A stretch of 64,000 bases of DNA from an uncultured Actinomycetota bacterium (GTDB lineage Bacteria > Actinomycetota > Actinomycetes > JADGOV01), in contig CAWFCZ010000018.1 in the NCBI GenBank assembly GCA_963814355.1, forward strand, positions 854,590-918,589, in the 5' to 3' direction. The translations under genes and the position numbers were made by a program. Under the pieces are notes generated by a model, which worked only from the letters and a program-made list of their open reading frames with translations, was not told the origin of the DNA and made no database searches. Shown piece after piece: positions 20,401 to 27,846 of the stretch; positions within the stretch are counted from its first letter, which is position 1; each line of letters opens with the position of its first letter.

Positions 20401-20747
20401 GCTACTCCTCGCTCAGCCGCCTGCACGCACTGCCGGTCGACGTGGTCAAGATCGACAAGTCGTTCATCGACGCCCTCGCCGGCGGCGGCCCGGCGCCTCT
20501 GGTCGCCGCCACCATCTCCATGGCGCACAGCCTCGGGTTGCAGACCGTGGCCGAAGGTGTCGAAACGACCGACCAGCTGCCGTTCCTACGCCTCCACGGC
20601 TGCGACAACGTGCAGGGCTACCTGTTCGGCCGCCCCCTCGCCGCCGACGCGGTCACCGCGTTGCTGCGTCAGCGAGGCACCGGCAAGCTATGGGCGAATC
20701 CCGCCACGCCGGCCGGCCGTCCCCGCACTCAACCCCGGAGTGACTGA
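17454..20747 (+). CDS. Membrane-anchored PAS-PAS-GGDEF-EAL c-di-GMP signalling protein
   Basis: About 9-10 predicted TM helices in the N-terminal 350 aa. Two PAS domains (NAPIGMVWADLAGTFVQVNPAFCRMVG...). GGDEF (RLGGDEFAV). EAL (ELTE, DDFGTGYSSL, KIDKSFI). The true start may be the in-frame GTG at 17631; the upstream part overlaps the Tn3 remnant frame region. Confidence 0.75.
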   Translation: MGEPMLCLIGRIVGRSPVTQDRGLRYRPGRGEPSPDAITEPGGVAGHPAPAARRGAGGSVTGFAAAVVASTAAVGGVAVVLSAGADAGLAQGVGDVASLLAAVVAVLACARAARRSGPDAREWALLALAVGVWAAGALTWAVYGFTRHHVHSFPSAADIGFLGYSAPAVVALLAFRRRAVRAVSRVPGVLDGLVVGTAILFTGWAFVLGPQYYSASAGWSARATGLAYPLVDAAIASLVLVLAMRQVHGARLPWALVGCGLLALTVTDSIYVSLTLSGRIGLTGTALSAGWVAAFLLVAVATVAPHRLTAPGRVRRIAVGQEFLPYVPVAIALIVAAYERVFSDPVLLGVGALLLVLVGIRQFLITVERVALTDDLEHRVARRTAELLSAREDLQDAFDNAPIGMVWADLAGTFVQVNPAFCRMVGRSRDELVGTRIGDITFPADVAASELRMSRGASSESRIPQFEKRYRHADGSGVWGEVSLLLTRDAAGAPKFFLAQIQDITERRSSAARTKANEAVFLDAVLENLDSGVIGCDAEGRPTVYNRASREQFGPLVPSLNPEFWAEHYGFYRADGITPLPTREIPLFRALSGELVVDVEMVIARKGGDPRTVVANGHAISGGDGAPLGAVVVTQDITQRRKAEAALRRQALHDPLTDLPNRALLRDRLEHAIARQARQPHPLALLLLDLDGFKIVNDSLGHQAGDEVLITLAGRLRASLRPDDTIARLGGDEFAVVLENTSEAQATSIAAQILAVIRHPISIQGRSITSDASVGITTSIGADDPETLLRNADLAMYAAKDHGKGNIQVFHASMHETVVDRLTLDAELREAVDKRQFTLAYQPIVSLITGHLQGLEALLRWNHPDHGVTSPSAFIPRAEATGLIVPIGRGVLREACRQARAWRQILPDAQDLTISVNLSVRQLQDPAILDIVAAALSDTGLPAGQLQLEITESVVGRRGDIVAILHRLHATGVHLAIDDFGTGYSSLSRLHALPVDVVKIDKSFIDALAGGGPAPLVAATISMAHSLGLQTVAEGVETTDQLPFLRLHGCDNVQGYLFGRPLAADAVTALLRQRGTGKLWANPATPAGRPRTQPRSD

Positions 20748-20855
20748 ACGGAAGCTGTCAAGCCGCTGGCTGCGGGGGACGATGCAGCGAGTGGCTACGG
20801 TCGGCGAGCCGGATATGTTCTGCCATTGGGGCGATGTCGCCGCTGAGGAGGGGTC

Positions 20856-21692
20856 ATGAGCGACGACCAGGGGCGATTCGCTCGGCTCGACGACCGGCGG
20901 CGTCGGTTGCCGCGGCCGCGTACGCCGAAGGGTCTCGACCCGGCGGTCGTCCTGGCGCTGCACGAAGCCACCCGCCGGCTGCTCGACGCGGTGGAACCAG
21001 CGGATGTGGTGGAGGCCGCGACGGACCTGGTCAACGAACTCGGTGGCAGCGTGGTGCCGGCCGCCCGGGCCGGTGCGGATGTGCTGCCCCTGGACCTTTC
21101 CTTCGGCTCGACCGACCCCCTGCTCCCGGCTGCCCCGCGGGCCAGCGTGGCGCGGATGCATCTCGAGACGTTGCTGCCTGCCTTCCTCGAAGACGCCCGT
21201 CGATCGGTGATGGAGTTGCGCGGTAAGAGCTCGCTGCAGAATGAGGCGACTCGGGACCATCTGACCGGGTTGCTCAACCGGCGGACGCTTGACCGACGGC
21301 TGAGCCAGCTGCGAGTCGGGGATCCAGTCGCGATCCTGGATTTGGACTTCTTCAAGCAGCTCAACGACACCGAAGGACACGCCGCCGGCGACGCCGTACT
21401 CGTCGCTTTCGGTCGGGTTGTCCGTCAGCATGTCCCCAGCGGCGACATCGCTGGCCGGTACGGCGGTGAAGAATTCGTCGTTGCCCTCCGCGGGGCGGCT
21501 CCTGCGACGCTGCTGGCCCGGCTGACCGAGATCCGGCGGGCGTGGGAAACCGTCCGGCCGTTCTCGGTGTCGTTCTCGGCCGGGGTGAGCGTCGTGACCA
21601 CTACCGGCGCCCGGGCTTTGCAGGTTGCCGACCAGGCGCTCTACGTGGCCAAACAGCGGGGGCGAAACCGAATAGAGATGGCTTCGGCGTGA
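20856..21692 (+). CDS. GGDEF-domain diguanylate cyclase with uncharacterised N-terminal sensory domain
   Basis: 278 aa. The C-terminal GGDEF domain has an intact GGEEF active site (RYGGEEFVV) and an RxxD-like I-site context. The N-terminal roughly 120 aa is of unknown function. The stop overlaps the start of the next gene (GTGA). Confidence 0.75.
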   Translation: MSDDQGRFARLDDRRRRLPRPRTPKGLDPAVVLALHEATRRLLDAVEPADVVEAATDLVNELGGSVVPAARAGADVLPLDLSFGSTDPLLPAAPRASVARMHLETLLPAFLEDARRSVMELRGKSSLQNEATRDHLTGLLNRRTLDRRLSQLRVGDPVAILDLDFFKQLNDTEGHAAGDAVLVAFGRVVRQHVPSGDIAGRYGGEEFVVALRGAAPATLLARLTEIRRAWETVRPFSVSFSAGVSVVTTTGARALQVADQALYVAKQRGRNRIEMASA

Positions 21693-22714
21693 CGGCTACA
21701 CGGCCCCTTCATGCTGTGGTGGCTCAATTCCTGGACCTCATCCGGCAGCGCGCTCCCGTGGCCGCGGCTGCTCTCGCCGTCGCGCAGCTTCAGCACGGAT
21801 ATCGACCTGACCAGGTCATCTCCGACCTGCTGGTGCCTGTGCAGGTGGAGGTTGGGCGACGTTGGCACCGCGCACTGTGGACGGCCGCGGATGAGCATCA
21901 GGCGACAGCGGTGACCGACGCCGCGCTGTACGGCGTCACATCTGACGGTATCCGGCCTCGGGAGATCCGGGGAACCGCGGCCGTCGCCTGCGCCGTCGGC
22001 GACTGGCATGTCCTGCCGTCACGAATGGCGGCGGAGTTGCTGCGCCTCGACGGCTGGGACGTCCTGTTCCTCGGCGGTTCGCTCCCGCCAGCGGATCTTT
22101 CCCAGTGGTTGATCGACGCCCGACCGGACGTCCTGGTGGTGTCCTGCTCGATGCCGACAACTGCCCGCAGCGTCGTGGCCACCGCGATGGCGGGGGCCGA
22201 AGTCGGCGTTCCGGTCGTCGTCGGCGGACGTGGCATGGGCCCGGACGGTAGGCGCGCGGCCGCGCTCGGCGTGCGATGGGCGGCGGACCTCAAGTGCCTG
22301 GCGGCTGCCCTAGCGGCTCCAACACCTGCCACCGCCCAACGAGAACTGGCCGAACGGCTGGAGGAGCACTCGCAGCTACTCCTGCGGCGTACGGAGATCG
22401 TCGCCGGGGCTGTCAACGAACTCGGCCGGCTGTGGCCGGCGATGTCCGCGTTCTCCGACACTCAGATGTCCCGGACCAGCGAGGACTTCGGCCATATCGT
22501 CGACTTCCTCGGGGCCGCTGTGGCCACCGATGATCCGCGTCTCTTCGGCGAGTTCGTCGATTGGCTTCGGCTGCTACTGTCCTCCCGCCATCTACCGCCA
22601 GCGGTGCTGCAGATCAGCCTGCGCGCCCTGGCCGCGGCGCTTCCCCGCGAGTTGCCGCTGGCCCCGGCGATCCTGGCCACCACCCGCGACTCGTTACCTA
22701 TGGAGGTGCGGTGA
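21689..22714 (+). CDS. Stand-alone cobalamin (B12)-binding domain protein (CarH C-terminal-like sensor module, no DNA-binding domain) with extra C-terminal helical domain
   Basis: GTG start at 21689 overlapping the upstream stop (GCGTGACGG). B12-binding_2 helical bundle with a W..EH motif (VGRRWHRALWTAADEHQATAVTD). B12-binding Rossmann domain with a DxHxx(G) variant (AVGDWHVLPSRMAAELLRLDGWDVLFLGGSLP...DVLVVSCSMP...VVVGG). Followed by about 150 aa of uncharacterised helical sequence. Confidence 0.55.
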   Translation: MTATRPLHAVVAQFLDLIRQRAPVAAAALAVAQLQHGYRPDQVISDLLVPVQVEVGRRWHRALWTAADEHQATAVTDAALYGVTSDGIRPREIRGTAAVACAVGDWHVLPSRMAAELLRLDGWDVLFLGGSLPPADLSQWLIDARPDVLVVSCSMPTTARSVVATAMAGAEVGVPVVVGGRGMGPDGRRAAALGVRWAADLKCLAAALAAPTPATAQRELAERLEEHSQLLLRRTEIVAGAVNELGRLWPAMSAFSDTQMSRTSEDFGHIVDFLGAAVATDDPRLFGEFVDWLRLLLSSRHLPPAVLQISLRALAAALPRELPLAPAILATTRDSLPMEVR

Positions 22715-23019
22715 CAGCACCGGCATTCGTCGTGACCAGTGAGGTCACTATCCCCGAAAGTGCCGCCGAGGGACTGGAGGCGGCGTTCACGGCGCGCCTC
22801 GGCGAAGTGGACAGTTTCCCCGGCTTCCAACGCCTTGAGGTCTGGCGAGACACCGCAAGCCGAGGGACGTACCTTATGGTGTCCTGGTGGGATAGCCGGC
22901 GGGACTTCACCAGCTACATGCGTTCCGCGCAACACCGGCGATCCCACCAGCGCATCCCGACCGAGCCGGTCAAGCCTCGTGGGACCGGAGTACACCGGTT
23001 CGAACGCATCTCCTGTTGA
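22711..23019 (+). CDS. Antibiotic-biosynthesis-monooxygenase (ABM) domain protein
   Basis: GTG at 22711 overlapping the upstream stop (GTGA), with GGAGGTG SD immediately upstream. A 102-aa ferredoxin-like ABM fold signature is present (FQRLEVWRD...YLMVSWWDSRRDFTSYMRSAQH). Confidence 0.55.
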   Translation: MTAPAFVVTSEVTIPESAAEGLEAAFTARLGEVDSFPGFQRLEVWRDTASRGTYLMVSWWDSRRDFTSYMRSAQHRRSHQRIPTEPVKPRGTGVHRFERISC

Positions 23020-23144
23020 CGGCTTCCATCCTGCCGTCGTAGGTGCGAACTCGACGCCGCATAATGATCGTTTCCCCGCACCCGAAAGCTTCGCACCGGA
23101 CTTGCGGCTCTCACCGCATCTCGGCTCACGCAAGCCACGGGGGC

Positions 23145-23955
23145 TCACGGCAGCCGCGTTGAAGTCCCGGGCGTCGTACCACGGCACCTGCCCGCCAGGG
23201 ACGAAGTAGAGGAGGACCAGCGCCGAGCGCTCGTTCGACCTCTCGGCATCGAAACCCAGGGACTCCAGGACCGTCGAGCGTGAGGCGAAGGTGTGCAGGC
23301 GGTCGACGACCACGGCGTTGCGAGGAGGAACATGCGGAAACGTTTGACGTACGGACCGTTGGCGAACGACCGAGGGGTGATCGCGACGAGTTGTCCGCCG
23401 GGACGAAGCGACAGCACCCCCACGGTCACGAAGGCGGCATAGAGGGTCGGGGCGTCGACCCCCATAGCGGCGAGCGTCGGTGGCCGAGTTAGTCGCCAAC
23501 TTGCCGTACGGTGGATTCATGATCACCAAGTCGTATGCGTCGTACTCGTGTGCGGTGCCCATCCCGGTGCCCGCATAGAGCAGGTCCTCGCACCGGACGT
23601 CGACCGTCACGGTTACACCCCGTTTACGCGCCCACTCGACGCACAGCGCGGCCGTCGCCTCCAGTGCCGGAAGGAGGGCCGGGTCCACCTCCACCGCCGT
23701 GACGGCTATTGTCGTTCTCGGCTTGTCCGCCACCATGCGCTGCACAAGCGCGGCCAGCAACATGCCCGACCCAGCACCCGGGTCCAAGACGCGCATGGGT
23801 CCGTCCCCGTCCGGCAGGCGCGGCATGTGTGCCATCAGGGCCGCCGCACGTTCAGGAGTGAAGAACTGGCCGAGGCGCGCCTGCTGCCTCTCGTCCAGGC
23901 TTGCGAGCGTCAAGACCCTGAGCGCCTCAGCACGTTTCAGAAGATCGTTCGCCAC
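23145..23955 (-). pseudogene. Frameshifted and 3'-truncated Eco57I/type-IIG-like N6-adenine DNA methyltransferase (restriction-modification remnant)
   Basis: N-terminal 170 aa in one frame carry motif X/I/IV of gamma-class N6-MTases (LGQFFTP..., VLDPGAGSG, MNPPYGK). Continuation (GVDAPTLYAAFVTVGVLSLRPGGQLVAITPRSFANGPYVKRFRMFLL) is in a different frame (ORF 23145..23465), then stops. The expected large C-terminal specificity/endonuclease region is absent. The remainder of the long ORF 22462..23144 is antisense read-through of the B12/ABM genes. Confidence 0.5.
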
Positions 23956-24002
23956 GAGAAAACCCTACGGTTGACCACCGACAAAACCGGCGATCCTGCT
24001 TG

Positions 24003-25592
24003 CTATTCCCATTCGATGGTGCCCGGCGGCTTGCTGGTGACGTCCAGCACCACCCGGTTGACCCCGGGCACTTCGTTGGGAATGCGCCCGGAGATTGTGC
24101 CCAGCACGTCATAGGGCAGCCGAGCCCAGTCCGCAGTCATCGCGTCGGCCGAGGTGACCGGTCGCAGCACGACCGGATGGCCGTAGGTGCGACCGTCGCC
24201 TTGGACGCCGACGGAACGTACCTCGGCGAGGAGTACCACCGGGCACTGCCAGATCTCCCGGTCCAGCCCGGCCCGGGTCAACTCCTCGCGAACGATGGCG
24301 TCCGCCGCCCTGAGCATCTCCAGCCGTTGCACGGTCACTTCGCCGACGATCCGGATCCCGAGGCCCGGCCCAGGGAACGGCTGGCGCCAGACAATCTCCG
24401 GTGGCAGCCCCAACTCCTCACCGACCCGCCGCACCTCGTCCTTGAACAACAGCCGAAGCGGCTCGACGAGGGCGAAGGTGAGATCGTCGGGCAGCCCGCC
24501 GACATTGTGGTGCGACTTGATCGTGGCCGTACTTGAGCCGCCTGAGCCGCCCGACTCGACGACGTCCGGATAGAGGGTCCCCTGGACGAGAAACTCGACC
24601 GGTTCGGTCTCCTCCAGCCCCCGGGCGGCTTGCTCGAAGGCCCGGATGAACTCCCGCCCGATCGCCTTGCGCTTCTCCTCCGGGTCGCGAATCCCGGCCA
24701 GCGCCGCCATGAAGGCCGGTACTGCGTCCGCCACGTGCAGCCGGACACCGGTGGCGGCCACGAAATCCCGCTCGACCTGCTCGGCTTCGCCGGCCCGCAG
24801 CAGGCCGTGGTCGACGAAGACGCACTCCAACTGGTCGCCGATCGCCCGCTGGACCAGCGCGGCTGCCACCGCCGAGTCCACTCCGCCGGACAGCCCGCAG
24901 ATCACCCGCTTGCCGCCGACCTGCGCCCGGATCGCCTCGATGGAGTCGGTGACGATGTTGAGCATCGTCCAGGTCGGGCGACAGCCGGCAGCGTCGAGCA
25001 AGAAGTGCCGCAGCATGTCCGACCCGCGGTCGGTGTGCAGCACCTCCGGGTGGAACTGGACGCCGTACAGCCCGCGCGCGGGATGCTCGAACGCCGCTAC
25101 CGGGGTCGCCTCGGTGGCCGCAGTGACCCGGAACCCGTCCGGGGCCGAGCGCACCGAGTCACGGTGGGACATCCAGACCGACGCGGCCGGCGGCAGGCCG
25201 GCGAACAGCGTGCCCGGATCGCGGACCGACAACGCGGTGGCGCCGTACTCCGCGGTGCCGGTCCGGGCCACCTCGGCGCCGAGGGCCTGGGCCATGGCCT
25301 GGAAGCCGTAGCAGATCCCGAGCGTCGGTACCCCGGTGGCGAACAGCGCGGCCGGTACGGCCGGGGCGTCGGGGGCGTACACCGACGACGGTCCCCCGGA
25401 GAGCACGATCGCCTTCGGGTGCTTGGCCAGCATCTCCGGCAGGGCCATCGACCAGGGCACGATTTCGGAGTAGACGTGGCACTCCCGGATCCGGCGGGCG
25501 ATGAGCTGGGCGTACTGGGCGCCGAAGTCCACCACCAGGACGCGGTCATGCCCAGCCGCGTCGGCGGCCGGCGTCTCGGTGGCGTGCGTCAT
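24003..25592 (-). CDS. guaA: GMP synthase (glutamine-hydrolysing)
   Basis: Start at M53 of the ORF (MTHATE...). N-terminal class-I glutamine amidotransferase (GICYGFQ catalytic Cys). ATP pyrophosphatase P-loop SGGVDS. C-terminal dimerisation domain. Full-length GuaA. Confidence 0.9.
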   Translation of the reverse strand: MTHATETPAADAAGHDRVLVVDFGAQYAQLIARRIRECHVYSEIVPWSMALPEMLAKHPKAIVLSGGPSSVYAPDAPAVPAALFATGVPTLGICYGFQAMAQALGAEVARTGTAEYGATALSVRDPGTLFAGLPPAASVWMSHRDSVRSAPDGFRVTAATEATPVAAFEHPARGLYGVQFHPEVLHTDRGSDMLRHFLLDAAGCRPTWTMLNIVTDSIEAIRAQVGGKRVICGLSGGVDSAVAAALVQRAIGDQLECVFVDHGLLRAGEAEQVERDFVAATGVRLHVADAVPAFMAALAGIRDPEEKRKAIGREFIRAFEQAARGLEETEPVEFLVQGTLYPDVVESGGSGGSSTATIKSHHNVGGLPDDLTFALVEPLRLLFKDEVRRVGEELGLPPEIVWRQPFPGPGLGIRIVGEVTVQRLEMLRAADAIVREELTRAGLDREIWQCPVVLLAEVRSVGVQGDGRTYGHPVVLRPVTSADAMTADWARLPYDVLGTISGRIPNEVPGVNRVVLDVTSKPPGTIEWE

Positions 25593-25728
25593 CTGCTGAG
25601 GGTATCGGCGGTGGGGCGCACCGGGTCCGCGGCACGCCAGCACCGCGGAGAGCCGCCGCCACCTGCTCCAAAGCCTCACGACCGGCGCCGGCGCCGACCG
25701 CGCCGGCACAATCAGGTTCCGGTCGAAG

Positions 25729-26472
25729 TCAATCCCGGCCGCCTCCACCGGGCCGCACCAGGTTGAGCAGCCGTCGGGGAAGCGCGAAGACGGCGTACCG
25801 CTTCGCCGGAGCGACCGCTACTATCGGCCAGCCGGATCGTTGGGCTTTCTCGCGCAGCTCCCGGTCGGGGTTGACCGCGACCGGGTGACCGACTGCTTCC
25901 AGGAATGGTAGGTCGCTGATCGAGTCGCTGTAGGCGTAGCAGTCGGCCAGGTTGTAGCCGCGGTCCGCGGCGAGGAGCCGGATCTCCTCGGCTTTGCCCT
26001 CCTGGTAGCAGAACGGCCCGGCCAGCACGCCGGTGTAGCGGCCCCCCTCGTCGATTTGCGACCGGGTACCGACCGCGCCCTCGAGCCCGAGCTGGTCGGC
26101 CAGCGGCCGGACGATCTCCACCGGTGAGGCCGACACCACGAAGCGGTCGTGGCCCGCCGAGCCGTGCTCGGCCAGCAACGCCCGAGCCTCTGGCAGCACT
26201 GACGCGACAAGTTTGGGGACGAAGCCCTCGCTCAACGCGGTGAAGTCGGCCGCCGGATGCCCGGCCACCACCCGCAGGATCCGCTCGCGCAGGGCCGCGG
26301 AACCCGCATCGGTCGCACCACGCAGCACGAATGACACCGCCGCCACCGCGTCCCACAGGAGGTCGCGCGGCGGGATGTAGCCAGCGCGGAACGCGGCCAC
26401 CGCCAGCGGGAAGGTGGCCGAGCCCCGGATCAGCGTCCGGTCAAGGTCGAAGAAGGCCGCCGTGACAGTCAT
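25729..26472 (-). CDS. HAD-superfamily subfamily IB hydrolase (PSPase-like)
   Basis: Start at ATG 26472 ([14 protein letters not shown] = HAD motif I DxDxT). Motif-IV-like acidic pair near the C-terminus (YAYSDSISD). Confidence 0.65.
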   Translation of the reverse strand: MTVTAAFFDLDRTLIRGSATFPLAVAAFRAGYIPPRDLLWDAVAAVSFVLRGATDAGSAALRERILRVVAGHPAADFTALSEGFVPKLVASVLPEARALLAEHGSAGHDRFVVSASPVEIVRPLADQLGLEGAVGTRSQIDEGGRYTGVLAGPFCYQEGKAEEIRLLAADRGYNLADCYAYSDSISDLPFLEAVGHPVAVNPDRELREKAQRSGWPIVAVAPAKRYAVFALPRRLLNLVRPGGGGRD

Positions 26473-26710
26473 GCCGCCCCTTTCGTTGGTGCTGACTGTC
26501 CCGCAGCAACTCGGCCGCGGCAAGCACCCGGCTGCACCGCCTTACCCAACACCGCCAGTCGCAGCACGGGCGGCCTCGGCGGCCGGCACCGCTGCCCGTA
26601 CCGGGGGCGGCGCCCCGGTTGCGCGGTCGCATCTCGATCAGGTCGCCGCCAGTTCCAGGCGCGTGCCGACGGTGTTGGCGATGAACGCCTCGGGCAGCCG
26701 GTTGGCCAGC

Positions 26711-27697
26711 TCATGCATGGCGCGCGCACCCGGTGCAGTGCGCGGGTAGCACCAGGTCGGGAGCGAGCGCGCCGAGCGCCTCGACGGTGGGTGCGATGAG
26801 CGGCTCGAACAGCGCACCGGTGAGGTGGAAGCCACCGACGAGGGCGTGCACGTGCTCGACCCCGGTCAGGGCGCGGGCGTAGCGGACGATGTTGACCACG
26901 CCGGCGTGCCCGCAGCCGGTGATCACCAGCAGGCCGCGGCCCTCGACGTGCACGATCAGCGCCTGGTCGTCGAGGATCAGCGGGTCGGGCTCCCACCTCC
27001 CATCGCGCAGCGCCTGGTGGTTGGCGAAGCCGCGCTCGAAGTCGGTCGTGCGGGCCACCTCGCCGGTGATCAGCACGCTGCCGTCGAACAGGAACGACGG
27101 CTCCGGTCGTTCGACGATCTGGAATCCGAGCCCCTCGAGCCCGGCGCGGCTGGTGGCGGGCAGTTCCCACGGATCGCGGCCGGGCAGCGCGAGTCGCCGC
27201 CGCGACCAGAATTGCGGGTGCAGCACGACCGGCAGCTTGGCCGGTCCGCCGAGCGCCCGGGCGAGCCCGTCCAGTCCGGTGGTGTGGTCGAAATGGCCGT
27301 GTGAGCACACCACAGCCGACACCGAGTCCGGGGCGAGGTCCAACCGGCGCATGTTGGCCACCATGCCGTCCGGGCTGACCCCGGTGTCGAACAGCAGCCG
27401 GTGAACCCGACCGTCGGTCAGCTCAACTTCGACAAGCGCAGAGAACCCATGCTCGCCGACCGGCCCGCTGACCACCGGGTCGTCCTGGTGCGCGGCGGCG
27501 GGCAGCCGGGGCCAGCCGACCAGCGGGTACCGTTTGGCCGGGCCGGCATCGGCAGCCAGTACGTCCAGCACGTTGTCCACCAGCGTCGTGACGTGCACCC
27601 GGCGTACCGGAACCAGCGGCACCCGCTCGCCGCGGAACGCGCCGATCTCCGCAGGAACCGTCGCAACATTTGCGGGAGTGCGGCCGCCATCACACAT
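26711..27697 (-). CDS. MBL-fold metallo-hydrolase
   Basis: Start at ATG 27697 (MCDGG...). Metallo-beta-lactamase signature HxHxDH (VVCSHGHFDHTTG) plus downstream His/Asp ligands (GCGHAG). The 5' 730 bp of the long ORF overlap the LigD gene region and were rejected. Confidence 0.6.
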   Translation of the reverse strand: MCDGGRTPANVATVPAEIGAFRGERVPLVPVRRVHVTTLVDNVLDVLAADAGPAKRYPLVGWPRLPAAAHQDDPVVSGPVGEHGFSALVEVELTDGRVHRLLFDTGVSPDGMVANMRRLDLAPDSVSAVVCSHGHFDHTTGLDGLARALGGPAKLPVVLHPQFWSRRRLALPGRDPWELPATSRAGLEGLGFQIVERPEPSFLFDGSVLITGEVARTTDFERGFANHQALRDGRWEPDPLILDDQALIVHVEGRGLLVITGCGHAGVVNIVRYARALTGVEHVHALVGGFHLTGALFEPLIAPTVEALGALAPDLVLPAHCTGCARHA

Positions 27698-27846
27698 AAG
27701 CGGCCAGGATAGCGGCCCTCGGCTCCCGGTGGCGTTGTATCCGGCGTCGCCGTACCGGTCGCGCCCTGAGGGAACCCGAACAAGGCGACGGCGGCGGGTG
27801 AAGAAGTCCCGGTTGGGTAACCAGGCGCGGGGCTGGGCGGGGTCGA

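Noticed and set aside
22462-23144. 3' two-thirds of the 497-aa minus-strand ORF 22462..23955
   Set aside because: After the NPPY block the translation becomes featureless and is antisense to the B12-binding and ABM genes. Only the 5' part (23145-23955) is a real, decayed methyltransferase.
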